From Eledone cirrhosa (Eukaryota), in the NCBI GenBank assembly GCA_964016885.1, contig OZ024745.1, positions 44,206,001 through 44,270,000 on the forward strand: a DNA stretch of 64,000 bases. The letters are read 5' to 3'. The notes under the pieces were generated by a model that saw only the letters and a program-made list of their open reading frames with translations, did not search any database and was not told the origin of the DNA. Positions 12,011 to 28,739 of the stretch are shown piece after piece (the stretch's first letter is position 1; each line of letters opens with the position of its first letter). The position numbers were made by a program, and so were the translations under genes.

Positions 12011-14115
12011 GCTTTCTTTATTAACCACAAGGGTTTACATAAAGTAGACATTAAGGACAGTACAGGACAATACAGGACGGCACAAATGGGCATTTCTGCG
12101 TGTAAAAAAAAAACAGAGGATGTAACAAAAAAATAATAATGAAAAATTCCCCAATACGGGGGAGACTTCCGAGGGACATTCGTGGAGAAAGCCCATTAAA
12201 AAGCCACAATGACCCTGACCACCAGGGCAAGTGCCCTCTCCCAGTTTTCCACCTTTAATTTACATACACATACTCAGAGTAGGCCCATTCACTCGGACCA
12301 TTCTTACCTCTCTCACCCATCTTTCAACAAAATTCTGGGAAGAGAGCACTTCCCTCTCTACCCTGATTTTCCTTTTCAAATGAAATTTGAAAAAGTTAAT
12401 CAGGGCATCACCGAAGAGGTAAGTGCTCGTCTTCAGCCCTTTCAAACGTGTCCACCATACTATCTCTTTCGTCATGGCCACCAGACAGATAAAAACTGCC
12501 TGCCCTTCCCGGCTAAAGGAAGAGGGCGGGGCAATCCTCACGATGGACTCAGCTGATAGCTGGATCCATCCTACACGCGACAGCAGGTGTTCGACATAAA
12601 CCCACAAGTCAGCAATGCTCGGACACTGGACGAGTGCGTGCAGGACGGTTTCGTCGCCCTGCGCGCATCTCGGACATGCCCGGCTGCCCTCCATGCTTGT
12701 AGAGTTTATCCTGAACTGGCAAAGCTCCTCGGTAGCACTGCCAGGCCAGGGATTTCTGGAAGTTGTCCATAGGCCAGGGCCCGAAAGTTCTTCCGAAGAG
12801 ATTGGCTAGTTGATTTTCGTCGACGCCTAGAGTTTCACCAAGTACGTCGTCGCACTTCCCCTCCACTTATCCCCTATAGAACGCCAAGGTGGAGTTTCCA
12901 CCGATCACATTGCCTGATTGGTCGAGGGCTGTGAGCGCCTGAAGACATTCCAGTCTCCAAGCGCTCCCTCTCGGTCTTCGCTTGACGCAGGACTGCAGCT
13001 CCGTCAAGGAGACGAGCTGGGGAAAGACGCGTCTAGCAAACGGCGACCACACCTGATCACCGTCGAGGAAGAGGTGGAGATGTCGTAGCCTGAGCGCGTG
13101 TCTGCGCATCATCAGCCACGGCATGCCCAGACCCCCACGTAGCGGTGTTGACAGCAGATGGACCGCCTGACCATCGAAGCGCGTCCGTTCCACAAAAAGC
13201 GAAAGAGCAAACGCTTCAGCGCAGTCAGGCGGGGCTTAGGACAAGGTACGACGGTCAGGCGGTAGTAGATGACGGGCGCGATGTACGCGTTAGCCACCTC
13301 CGCTCGACCTTTCATGGATAGCTTCCTCTCCGCCCATTTCTGGGTGAGAGAAGCCACCCTGCTCGTCACCTGGTCCCAGTTTTTGTCCGTCTGGAGGTCC
13401 AGACCGAACCAGAATCCTAGCAATTTACCCGGTCCGTCCGTCCAGCGCCCGACAACGCTGTTGGACGGCATGGACCTGCTTCTCCAGGTGCCGAGCTGCA
13501 GGCCCACTGACTTATCCTGGTTGATCATTGTTCCTGTCACCGCTTCGTATTCTCTTAGTGTAGTGCCGATCGCCTCGATGTGTTTGGCGTTCGACACCAC
13601 TACGGTGACATCGTCCGCATATGCTGACACGGATCTTCCGCATCCTAGTTCGCGCGGGACCCCCCTCAACGTCTCCAGTTTGTGCAGTAATGGCTCGAGA
13701 GTCAATACGTACAAGAGGGACGAGAGAGGACATCCTTGGCGGACCGAGCGCATGGTGTTGAACGGTTCTGAAAGGTGACCGTTCACTCTCACCACAGAGC
13801 AGATGTCGCTGTGCATGGCAGCGATCCAGCCTCAGTGGCTGAGAGCCACGGCAGTCCGTCGAGGTAGACACTAAAGTCCATCCCTCGATCCGGCCCGCCG
13901 CTGCCCCCGAACAGCTGAGCGAAGTGTCGCTGAAAAGCTTCACACATTTACCCGGGATCGAGTAGCATGCGCCCGTCGTGGTTCACCAAAGACCGGATCG
14001 TGGCTTTGTTGCCACGACGCGCCTCCGCCACTCGGGCCCATTAAACGGCTTTCGGCCCCTCGTGTCTGAGAGCACGCACCCTAGCTCTGATAACGCAGCC
14101 TTCGTGCTTTGCATT
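12011..14115 (-). mobile_element. 5'-truncated L1/Tx1-clade LINE with an 11-bp TSD
   Basis: GTAGTAATAAT at 12000-12010 and 14116-14126; AATAAA near the 3' end on the minus strand; GC-rich relative to the host. Confidence 0.85.
12260..14115 (-). pseudogene. Frameshifted L1/Tx1 ORF2 (reverse transcriptase and C-terminal zinc knuckle)
   Basis: SVRQGCPLS, YADDVT and INQDKS in 13112-13816; CPRCAQGDETVLHALVQC in 12260-12694; split over four frames. Confidence 0.9.
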
Positions 14116-15174
14116 GTAGTAATAATAGCAGCAATACATTACATAAGCTGAAATTTTACAGAGTCTTTGTAAAATATAAACTATTGCTACCACTGGTTTT
14201 GAGTCTTAAAATGGTTCTGTTCTTTTAAATGTTTATCAATACATCCTGCACATAGATAATTCATAGTGTAGATTTTACATCTGCACTCCATATTTTATTT
14301 ATTTATTTCGAATACGTTTCTTACAACTTGCGCGTAATAGTTCTGCCAACAAAGATTATGATGTCAATCAAAATACAAAATATGTCTTCTTAGTGTTTCT
14401 TACTGATACAGAGAGAGTTTGAAAACAGCTTCATAGCTTTAAGTATCTTTATTTTTATTTTTATATAGTACTGGCTGTGGCAATGTTATGTAAAATACAA
14501 ACGAAATATTTTGTGGTGGATTTGTGTAAGCAAATATAACATGGAAACGGTTTGACTTCTCAGGATCAGAATTCTCAGATCAAGAATGATAGACAATATA
14601 AAGAGTAAATTAAAGATTCAGAAACATACTGAAAACCATGCGAAATAAAGATGGGAAAATATATTGTACTCAACGCATATTGCTGGTTTTATGTAAATAA
14701 GTCGAAACATTATAGGGATTGGCATTCCTGTAGGGGAAAAGAACGCTAAAATCATGTAGATTACATTAGAAATTTATGAGTTCAATATTAGTCAAATAAA
14801 ATGTTTAGATATAATAAATATATAGTACACGATTGCAAAGAAAATAAAAATAGAAAAAGATAGTAAAAGCCCGATAGATGTTTATGATTCATACGTAGTA
14901 ATAACCAATATCAGAAATATTATTTTAAAAATGCAATCACATAAACAATAAAAGAGCACAACATTGGCAGTAAAGGATGGTGTTTATTGATTCGACGATG
15001 AGGAGATTGCAAGTTTAATTTCGAAAATATGAGTCCAGTATATTGCTACGATAGTATGAATAATAATTCGCTCGAAAGAAATCATAAATCAACTTGGATT
15101 CATAGGAAAGGAAACCAGATCTCTAATCTATATAATTTATCGGTAACAGGGTAAACAAAGATATTTTACTAAAG

Positions 15175-15340
15175 TACTATGTTCCGTGAGTCGTTAGGAC
15201 ATCGAATTGACTGCATTGTGGTATTGGTTTCGGCTCTCTGCACTCTTTGAGTTCAAACCTCACCGTGGTTCACTTTACTTTTCATCGTTTCGAGGTCGAT
15301 ATAACAAAACGTACCAGTCCAGTACTGAGATCAATTCTTT
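15175..15340 (+). mobile_element. Diverged SINE family A copy
   Basis: TGAGTTCAAACCTCACCGTGGTTCACTTTACTTTTCATCGTTTCGAGGTCGATATAAC...GTACCAG. Confidence 0.65.
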
Positions 15341-15544
15341 CTCTATACCTCTTTCTCACTTCATCGCTCTCTCACTTCCGCTCTCCTTCTCGTGCAGAAA
15401 TCGGTTGTGTTCAGACCTGGAGAGGGTTTGCGCTCCTCCAGGTTTAAAATGCCCAAGACGGCGCCCCTACGATTTCATCAGGATTTACGAGTCCATATAT
15501 ACTATTCTTTATATACTTTCTCTTTGCAATTGCATCCACTTAGA

Positions 15545-16292
15545 AGAGAACTTTTCAAAATGGTCCATGCAGACCCCTAAGGGTGAATAAATACTTAGGA
15601 GACCACAGGAGGTGAATTTACAAGTTTTTATTCATCAATCGCTTTAACGGGAGAAGTAAAATCAATGGATCATGTAGACTAGCTAGGTGCCAGATGTCAT
15701 AAACCAAACAGTATGCTAAGCTAAAAATTCCTTAATGAATCATTTCTTCATTTGATATTGAAGTGGAAAGTTCGTACTTAGACACCTTTCTTAAAGAAGA
15801 ATTTATTGAAATGACTATGGATCTTGAAGCGAAGTCTATGTTCCAATTTTAAGGAAATGAGTATTACTGGATGATCAAAAAGGAAAGTGTAGCAAAATAT
15901 CATTCCAAGCTTTGTGCGAAAGTTGAGTTCTTTTTTCTAGCATTTCCAAGTTGGTATATAGGCAAATAATGGGTTTAGTCATGTGCGTTATTTTATTAAG
16001 AAAGCAGAGAAGCACTTTCAACATAGAACATAGAACATGGTGATTTGAGTTTCAAACTAACAAACCTGTAACCCTAGTATTCGTCATCTTCTCCGTGCCC
16101 ACCAACCCATCCTTCCTATTAAAAAATAAACCAAACATTAAAGGTGTGTTTGCGTTTATAGTTTACTGATTCTTTTCTTGTGTAAGTTGTATTAAACACT
16201 GGTAAATTAGTCATGTTTTGTAATTTTATATTCAATTAATTTCTAATTTTATACTCAACTATTTTGTATGTTAGAAATTAAATTTTGTTTCT

Positions 16293-16330
<38 letters not shown>

Positions 16331-16440
16331 TGTGTGTGTGTATGTGAATGTGTGTGTGTATGTGAATGTGTGTGTGTGTATGTGAATGTGTGTGTCTTGG
16401 GGGGGGGGGGGGTCGCGTGTAAAGAATTTGAGAAGCCCTG
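15545..16440 (+). mobile_element. Degenerate hAT (Buster/Charlie-type) DNA transposon with an internal deletion
   Basis: 15740-16120 gives frameshifted peptides LKEEFIEM, FFFLAFPSWY, GFSHV, KQRSTFNI, HGDLSFKLTNL and IRHLLRAHQP (hAT C-terminal dimerisation region). The 3' TIR-like TTTGAGAAGCCCTG ends at 16440. Confidence 0.75.
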
Positions 16441-16689
16441 ATCTTTCTAATGTTTTTATTTCACCCATTTCTCCACAAGAGTTCAAACTGAATAATAACT
16501 ACATTAAAAGAGGAATTCGTAGAAATATGATAAGGTCAGAAGTGGAAGCCTAACATTTAAAACTTTCACCCTTCAGTAAAAAGTAGAACTATCGACAGCC
16601 GGGTCAATAACTCTTTCGTTACTTTTCTTACTCTCCGTCGAATGTCTCCGCAGCCCACACTCAGTTCCAAGTCCAAAAGTGGTTTACTC

Positions 16690-17063
16690 ATAATTGCGCT
16701 GCAGCAGTACACAGGTAAAGACCACGTTCAATAATACTTGGAGAAAATCACTCACACATACAAATTGGACGGCTTTTGCCCTTCACCGTAACTCATGCAA
16801 GACCATCATATAAACCACGAAGGATACCTCCATACATCATACAGTCTGAAAGTTCTCCCACCTTCCGAACAGAAACCGATTCTTTTGGTCCCTCACCAAA
16901 AGGATCTCACACAATATATTCTGATCTTTGGAAACGGGCTACAATGTGTTCCATTCTTAAGAAGAGGAACCCCTAACACTTCGATAACTATCATCCTAAC
17001 GCACCTCCAGCGTCTCAAACGTGATGGGGACTACGATTAACAGCAACCATCTCCAACACCTTG

Positions 17064-17151
<88 letters not shown>

Positions 17152-18230
17152 CTCTCTCTCTTTCTTTATCTGCCTCTCTGTACCTCTCCATTTCTCTCTC
17201 TTCAACAACTAGTATGTTATCCACAAAACAAGATCTAGATGAGACCTATTCTCTTATGAGTCCTTGCCATTAAGAAATTAGATGAAGCGTGTTGCTGCCT
17301 TCGACATCAGTAAAACATTCAATAATATTTGGTACGCAGGTCTCCTGGCAAAACTACCTGCCTATGTGTTCTATCTATTTGTTACCTTTTGGAAAGATGA
17401 CTTTCTTTTATATTGCACTATCGCGGAGTATGCTGATTGAGCTCTCTCACGAACACTTTATCAACCATGGAAGGACAAAACCTTCGTTTTGTCTTTTCAT
17501 ACTCTTCCTTTTATATATCAAGGTCCAGTTTGCCGTCACAATAACGCCTACTCAACCTCAAATGACACCGCCATTCATTTCTCACTAATCTTCGACATAC
17601 AAATGTCATCAACATACAACGAAGACAACCCACGATAAATATGTATTGACTTAGAAAGGGAGACCTTAAACAAATCTTCCAGTGGGTTCATGACAATTTT
17701 ATCTCGTTTAATAGCACAAAGACGAAATTACAACACATATCAAGAAAAATTTTCACACCATTCCCCTATCCCCGTAAACATGAATGTCACGCAACTAGAA
17801 CCCTCAAGATCACGACAAATACTAGGCTTCGTTATTACTAAGGATCTCTCCTGGTGAACACGCATCCTCAATGTAGCCAAACCTACATCATAAAGACTGA
17901 CATTTCTATTCGGAGCTCTTGAATTCTCTATCCCTCAGCAACTGCTAGCTTTTTACAAGGTTCATGTAGGAGCCACAATAGGTTACTACTCTCACATCTT
18001 GGGAGGTGATGCTACTACACACAGATACATCTTGGATTACATCCAAAGAACGACCACTCGACTGATTGGCAAGAAGTCACTCACCAACAGTCTCCAGGCT
18101 CCAGTTGACAGACGTGCCGACTCCTCTCTCACTGATATATTCTACCATACTTTATCTAATAGCTCTAAATCCCCGTGTCGACGTGAGCTGACACAGACAT
18201 TCTCTTGATCCTCCCACATTTGAGCCAGTG
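16690..18230 (+). pseudogene. Highly degraded CR1/Jockey-group LINE ORF2 relic, interrupted by (CT)n
   Basis: VAAFDISKTFNNIWYAGLLAKLPAY near 17290 (compare the consensus ALDISKAFDRVWH.GLL.KL), LFLLYI, and FYKVHVGATIGYYSHILGG (compare LYKAQVRP.MEYCSHIWGG). Confidence 0.7.
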
Positions 18231-18629
18231 AAACATCCATGATATATGTTACAACTAAAGAGAGAGAAAGCCGAACTAACATTGAGTTGATATTTTCTTA
18301 ATCGACCCCGAAAGAAAAAATGGCATACTAAACTTCGGCAAAATTTAAAGGCACAGCGCAGAGAACCGAATCAAACACTGCAACACATCCTATCCGACGC
18401 CCTAACCACCTGACAATCGACAGTCTTTTCACATACATACTAACGAAATGCTACTCTCTTGTTCCTGCAGATGAGATCTAGAGTTCCATGGAGTAATAAA
18501 CTACACGGCCATTCTGCCAACATTGTTGAAATTACACTTTCTTCTACATCACCATTGAAACAGCATCCAACTGCAGATATGTCAACTCTCCCCGTCGGAC
18601 GGGGAGATCTCCCACAAATACCCATAATA

Positions 18630-19056
<427 letters not shown>

Positions 19057-19221
19057 AATTAGTATATCTACTAACATATATATACAGATGCATACCTATG
19101 CCAGCAAATATATAGGTTTTGTCTTAGTAACTTTGTGGTTCAATGCATGGAGATGCAGAACAATAATATGAGAGACGTAAAATAAGAAAATTATAAAAAT
19201 TAACTTACTTACTAAAATTTC

Positions 19222-19303
19222 ACTCCAACTAATTAGTTTTTGAAAGGGAATAAACATAGTTTCCGAAGAAACGTACGGAGAAGCCTTTCGTCATCAGGGA
19301 AGT
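19222..19303 (-). ncRNA. Type I hammerhead ribozyme (family D, left arm)
   Basis: Reverse complement of 20107-20188, with stem I 3' strand GGAGT. Confidence 0.65.
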
Positions 19304-20106
19304 CTATTCTCAGCTAAGTTTCCAGGCAATACGTGGACACAGGGAACTTATACAAAAATAATTCAGTGGATGGAAAAAAGCAAAGCGTGGACTAAGTTCC
19401 AAGCCATTGAAAAAAATCACTGCCTACTGCGTCGGTGGCAAATTCAAAAGAATCAATCACGTGACATCGAGGTCAATCAGTGAAGAGTGGTTTGTTAAGA
19501 AGACAGCAGCCGGACCGTTACTATGAACTATAGTAGCAGTTTTGGCCAATTTTGGCTCGACAAAATAATTTGGAGATAATTATAAAGAATTAGTATATCT
19601 ACTAACATATATATACAGATGCATACCTATGCCAGCAAATATATAGGTTTTGTCTTAGTAACTTTGTGGTTCAATGTATGGGGATGCAGAAGAATAATAT
19701 GAGAGACGTAAAATAAGAAAATTATAAAAATTAACTTACTTACTAAAATTTCACTCCAACTAATTAGTTTCTGAAAGGGAATAAACATAGTTTCCGAAGA
19801 AACGTACGTAGATATACTAATTCTTTATAATTATCTCCAAATTATTTTGTCGAGCCAAAATTGTCCAAAACTGCTACTATAGTTCATAGTAACGGTCCGG
19901 CTGCTGTCTTCTTAACAAACCACTCTTCACTGATTGACCTCGATGTCACGTGATTGATTCTTTTGAATTTGCCACCGACGCAGTAGGCAGTGATTTTTTT
20001 CAATGGCTTGGAACTTAGTCCACGCTTTGCTTTTTTCCATCCACTGAATTATTTTTGTATAAGTTCCCTGTGTCCACGTATTGCCTGGAAACTTAGCTGA
20101 GAATAG

Positions 20107-20188
20107 ACTTCCCTGATGACGAAAGGCTTCTCCGTACGTTTCTTCGGAAACTATGTTTATTCCCTTTCAGAAACTAATTAGTTGGGGT
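20107..20188 (+). ncRNA. Type I hammerhead ribozyme (family D, right arm)
   Basis: ACTTCC-CTGATGA(20113)-CGAA...TTCG-GAAA(20147)-CTA...TAG-TT-GGGGT, with a GUU site. Stem I is short and weak. Confidence 0.65.
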
Positions 20189-20347
20189 GAAATTTTAGTA
20201 AGTAAGTTAATTTTTATAATTTTCTTATATATATATATATATATATATACATACACACATACACAAATAAAATATAGAGTTATTAACTCATATTGATACC
20301 CTGCAATTAACAAGCTCAAAGTATAAATACTGAGCATTATAATATTA

Positions 20348-20530
20348 TTGGCAGTATCGGTAGAGGGTCGGACGCCATGCTTTGCAGCAAAGAGTTACGG
20401 CCCTTTATGATCTGAGTTCAAATCACGCCGAGGTTAACTTTGCCTTTCATCCTTACGGAGTCGATAAAATAAAGTACCAGTAATACACTAGGATAATTGC
20501 TGGCCTTGTGCCAAAAGTAGAAACAATTAT
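20348..20530 (+). mobile_element. SINE family A with a 12-bp TSD
   Basis: Family A body; ATTATAATATTA at 20336-20347 and 20526-20537. Confidence 0.9.
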
Positions 20531-20578
20531 AATATTAATATTTAATATATGTAGAAATAAACACAGTAAATTCTGATA

Positions 20579-20612
<34 letters not shown>

Positions 20613-20693
20613 GGAGATGAATAAATTGGTTTTAATTCCAGTTTCTTACCATATGCGAAGAACCATATGGTAATAAACTGGAATTATACCCAT

Positions 20694-21024
20694 AAACTAC
20701 CAAAACACATCTATTTGGCTATGCGCTACAATTTATGTACATGTTATGTTTATCGCATATCGAAGTTTCCTGACCATTTTAGTGTGCAAAGAGTTAAACT
20801 AATCACTACAACTAAATTGTCCAAATTTCTCCCCCCCCCCCCCCCCCCTCTCCCTCTGTGCCTTTACATGTACAAGTTTAGTCAAAGCTGACGTTTCGCC
20901 CGTTTACCCATTATTTCCGCGTTATGTTCTGTGCGCATGTACGTTTTTCTAAATGTGTCTGTTGGAAGCCATATATTTGCATGCTATTTGTACATGTAGC
21001 TAAAAAGAAACGAGTATGTGTGTG

Positions 21025-21056
<32 letters not shown>

Positions 21057-21232
21057 TGTAAATATGTATGTATTATATGAATATTATATGCATACACACA
21101 CCCACATATATGTTGTAGGGATTAGTTTAACTCTTTGCACTCTAAAATGATCAGAAAACTTTGATATGCGATAAACATAACGTACGTAAATTGTAGCGCA
21201 TATATCCAAATAGATGTGTGTTTTAGTAGTTT
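20694..21232. repeat. Diverged inverted repeat (arms 20694-20812 and 21112-21232)
   Basis: TGCAAAGAGTTAAACTAATC mirrors GATTAGTTTAACTCTTTGCA, with further matches along the arms. Confidence 0.85.
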
Positions 21233-21298
21233 GAGGAGAAAAATATAATTATTATAAGGGGAGGGGGCAATGTCCCCCCCCCCACATTTCCTCTGCCT

Positions 21299-21345
<47 letters not shown>

Positions 21346-21871
21346 AACACACACAAATAGATACACACACACACATATATATATATACACACATATATAT
21401 TTGTGTGCGTGCGTGTACGAGAACAGAAAGAGAAGGAGAGAGAGTTAAAGATGCGCGCGCGTATTTGCTGAGTTTGTGTGTGTGAGATGGTCATTCATTA
21501 TTCGGGTACTAAGCATGGACCGAACGAGAGAAAATATTAACAATTCGTTAGTGTTTAAAATAGTAATAATACATAAATAAAAGCTCATGCCGCCTAAACA
21601 GACATAGTTTGCATAAGAAGTGTATAGGCAGTGGGTGCATATGTCTGACGCATGCTCTGTTTGTACCATGTGCTGTAATGTTAGGACATGGGGCTCTATG
21701 AAGAGGGTATGCAACCTTGAGATTGCAAACTTTTAAAGGTAAAGTGTTGTGCTTCTAGAGGAGACCACATAAATACTTGCTTAACACAAGTGGATACGTC
21801 ACATACATAAATACATACATCTATATATATACAGACTCACACACACGTTTGTTTTGTTTTGTTTGTTCAAC

Positions 21872-21911
<40 letters not shown>

Positions 21912-22273
21912 TACGTATATATATATGTGTATGTGTGTGTGTGTGTGCACATGTATTCTTATACGTGTACCTATACATACATGCATGCATGCATGCATGC
22001 ATACATACATACATACATACATACATACATACATACATACATACATACATACATACATACATACATACTTAAATACGTACATACGTATGGGAGTGTGTGT
22101 GTATACACGCAATATTAGGGAAGATATCAAGTACTTAGCTGAGACCACGTAAAGGAAAGGTTGGGCTGTCGGGAGTGGCGTTGATTCCTCTTAACGGATG
22201 TAACACTATCACGTGGTTTTCTTAGAATGCTTTGCAAGTTTAGGAGCATTCCATTCAAAGGAGACACACGAAG

Positions 22274-22342
<69 letters not shown>

Positions 22343-22393
22343 TATATTCACATATCTAAAAACACGCACATATGTATAAGCATACTCACATGT

Positions 22394-22471
<78 letters not shown>

Positions 22472-22678
22472 TAATAATAATAAATTTGAAGACTAAAATC
22501 CAAAGAGGGCTCGATAAGGATAAATATATATCAAATATATAAGAACCGTAGAGCAAATATTTATTAAAATAACAGATTAAAGTTTAAGCAAAGAATCGCT
22601 GCTTTCACTATTAACGGGATCTTCTGAAACTAACAAAGTCAATCTGTGAACGCAGAAGTGAATATTTAAAAAAACGTT

Positions 22679-23197
22679 GCACATAACATCACAGCTTCAA
22701 ATTTAGCTAAACTACCTAGCCGTAGGAACACGTGCAACCCTGTAGTTAGTACTAATTGTAATTGTAGGAATCGGGTTGACTGCCCCCTATCCGGGAAATG
22801 CCTCTCTAGTAACATTGTCTACAAATGTAAGGTTGAAACACCCACGTCCCGTAGGGCCTACATAGGGTTAACCGTCAATAGATTCAAGCAGCGTCTTTAC
22901 ATGCATACCCATTCTTTTCGTTTCCCTTTAAGAAGGAATATGACGTCACTTTCAGCTTATATCTGGAGTCTAAAAGACAACCACACCCAATATAAGTTAC
23001 ACTGGGAGATCCTAGCTAGAGCTAGATCGTATAACGGAAATAAAAGACCATGTGACCTCTGCGCCGCTGAGGCCCTGGAAATACTCTACGCCAAAGACCA
23101 CATCTTAAACAAAAAATCTGAGGCAATTTCGGCTTGTAAACATAAATTGCACAAAACTTTCCTGTATTACAGCCCCACATTATACCCTAACGGATAG
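22679..23197 (+). CDS. PLE C-terminal GIY-YIG endonuclease (partial, no start)
   Basis: Open frame CNCRNRVDCPLSGKC (CxCx5Cx5C), then NIVYKC, YIGLT.NRFKQR..H, LSAYIWSLK, HWEI, CDLC..E, LNKKSE and CKH. Confidence 0.9.
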   Translation, partial: AHNITASNLAKLPSRRNTCNPVVSTNCNCRNRVDCPLSGKCLSSNIVYKCKVETPTSRRAYIGLTVNRFKQRLYMHTHSFRFPLRRNMTSLSAYIWSLKDNHTQYKLHWEILARARSYNGNKRPCDLCAAEALEILYAKDHILNKKSEAISACKHKLHKTFLYYSPTLYPNG

Positions 23198-24288
23198 TAC
23201 GAACTATACGCGGATATTTTACGTCTTGGTGTGGTAGCTAAGTATATGTTAAGTTTATACCATTACTTATTTGTATACGTAAGTATATATTACCTGTAAG
23301 TTTTGTGAAGGTACGTATACTTTCTCGTACGTATATTTGATTGTATATGTTATGTCGTATATATTATATATCCTAGTACATATGTTTTGGTTATGTGTAT
23401 ACTTGAGTTTTGCGTCTGTGTGAGTATGCGGGTTCGTACGTATGTAGGGTGTGTGTATATGTGTACTTTGTGTTTTGGTTGACGTACGTCTCCGAACATA
23501 TGTGTATTTACATGTAGATATGTGTGTGCGCTTGTTATATACGTATTTATTGATTTATATACGTTTATTTAATTATATGTATACACGCACACACACACAC
23601 ATATATTTATATATATATTTTTTTTATGGCGCATGTCTCTCAGACATGACAACCCTTAATTTTAATTTTGGATATATATTTTTTTATATAGATTTTTATG
23701 TGTATTTGGTGTATACATTCGTATGCGTGCGGGTACTGGCGTTGCGTGGGTTCTGTATATGAGTGCGGATTTTTTTGTTTTTTTTCGTGTACGTTCGTGT
23801 ATTTGTATACCTATGGCGAGTGTTTTCGCGTATGGTTGTGTATGTACGTATATGGATGTGTGTGTGTATTTATTTAATTTCAATTACCTCTGTATTTTAT
23901 TTACTTTATTCTTAACACTGAAGCCTTGAATCTTCGGTTTCCTAGTTAGAATTTTAGTCTACGACTTCAGTTATACCATTTACGTGGTTTTGTCTTTGTG
24001 TGCAATTGTTCTTCTCGCTACACATACGACGTATTATCTTCGTTTTTTTTTCGTTCATTGCCAGAGGACGTCTCTATGAACCACCTAATAGAATATTAGT
24101 CTACGACTTCTTTTATACTATAAACGTGGTTTTGTCTTTGCGTGTAATTGTTTTTCACCGCTCCAAATAATGACGTATTATATTCGTTTTTTCCCGTTCT
24201 TTGCCAGGGAACGTTTCCACGAACCAAAGTATCGTCTTCCTGTCTTCCTCCGGTCGCAACGTTTTTTGAAATATTCACTTCTGCGTTC

Positions 24289-24364
24289 ACAGATTGACTT
24301 TGCTAGTTTCAGAAGATCCCGTTAAGGGTGAAAGCAGCGATTCTTTGCTTAAACTTTAATCTGT
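24289..24364 (+). ncRNA. Type I hammerhead fold with variant core CAGAAGA in the PLE pLTR (family E)
   Basis: ACAGATTGA..AGTTT-CAGAAGA-TCCCGTTAAGGGT-GAAA-GCA...TGC-TT-AAACT-TTAATCTGT. The same motif occurs at about 22572-22650 (-), 25683-25760 (-) and 27593-27668 (+). Confidence 0.75.
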
Positions 24365-25181
<817 letters not shown>

Positions 25182-25315
25182 CACCTTGATCACCTTGACC
25201 GTCCAGTCTATCGGGTGTCCATTCAGCGCCGCTGGTCATAGCAGGCCGTCCATCCCTCTCTGGATCGTGCTTTCCTCATCCATGTATTCCCAATCGTATT
25301 CTTAAAATCGTAACT

Positions 25316-25386
<71 letters not shown>

Positions 25387-25461
25387 GTAGGTCCCGGGTT
25401 GAGTCGGGGATAACCACAGTAAGTAAGGTACTCAATACATGGCAGAGTAAAATTTTTTTTT

Positions 25462-25580
25462 TTTTATAGAAGGAACTTCTACAGGACTAGTACTGTTTCA
25501 TTCAGATGAAATCTTCAGGAAGCCTGAAGATTTCATCTGAATGAAACAGTACTAGTCCTGTAGAAGTTCCTTCTATAAAA
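25462..25580. repeat. 119-bp near-perfect palindrome (hammerhead family F)
   Basis: The arms mirror each other around CAGG-AAG-CCTG. Confidence 0.95.
25474..25524 (-). ncRNA. Type I hammerhead ribozyme (family F)
   Basis: Minus strand: GGCTTC-CTGAAGA-TTTCATCTGAAT-GAAA-CAGTACTAGTCCTG-TA-GAAGTT. Confidence 0.75.
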
Positions 25581-25586
25581 TAAAAT

Positions 25587-25661
<75 letters not shown>

Positions 25662-25667
25662 ATTTAT

Positions 25668-27971
<2,304 letters not shown>

Positions 27972-28081
27972 ATACATTATATATATATATATATATATAT
28001 ATAAGTCGTGTTGGATGCTTAAAGCGTCCGTATGCGGTAGGCCGTATGAGCACTCAATGCCCTCGTAGAGCAGAGTATGAT

Positions 28082-28413
28082 ATCACAGGAAAAAGAGAAT
28101 CAGTGTTGCGACGAAAGGAATTTATTGGACATATTACAATTGTTTCACGGGCGACCAGCTCATGGCACGATCGGTATGGTGATCAAACCTGACTCTGAAA
28201 TTGCGCGGTCTTCGGATACGTCTCGATTCTACGAAGATTCGATGTTAAAGAAAAATCTGCTTCGTAGAATCGAGACGTATCCGAGGACCGCGCGATTTCA
28301 GAGTCAGGTTTGATCACCATATCGATCGTGCCTCGAGCTGGTCGCCCGAGTAACAATTGTAATATGTCCAATAAATTCCTTTCGTCGCAACACTGAATCT
28401 TTTTTCCTGTGAT
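28082..28413. repeat. About 330-bp inverted repeat ending at (TA)n, with a hammerhead-like 3' half
   Basis: ATCACAGGAAAAA mirrors TTTTTCCTGTGAT. The left arm, minus strand, has GAAA-CAATTG-TA-ATATG but no CUGANGA. Confidence 0.9.
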
Positions 28414-28415
28414 GT

Positions 28416-28462
<47 letters not shown>

Positions 28463-28739
28463 CACACGTATAGACATATGTAAAAACACATACATATGTA
28501 CAAGCACAAACACACACCCACATATGCAATTCATTAGAGCTTTCGTTATATTTGCTTATCCGGAGATGATCCCTAAATCTACATTCCATATTTACAGCTT
28601 GCTGAAAATCGTTGCTGTTTTTCTTGCTTCTATTTTTGTTAATTTAATAATGTCAACTTTAAGAGAATTAGCCTGCTAATATTTATTCAATACAAAATAT
28701 CTCAATGTCATGAAAAGCCATTGACATTATATAAAATAT

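Larger units (their letters stand above)
22468..24364 (+). mobile_element. 5'-truncated Penelope-like element (Hydra-clade-like), copy 1, with an inverted pLTR piece at 22468-22680, inserted in (TA)n
   Basis: GIY-YIG ORF, 3' non-coding region, hammerhead-like terminus, inverted terminal segment and (TA)n on both flanks. Confidence 0.9.
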
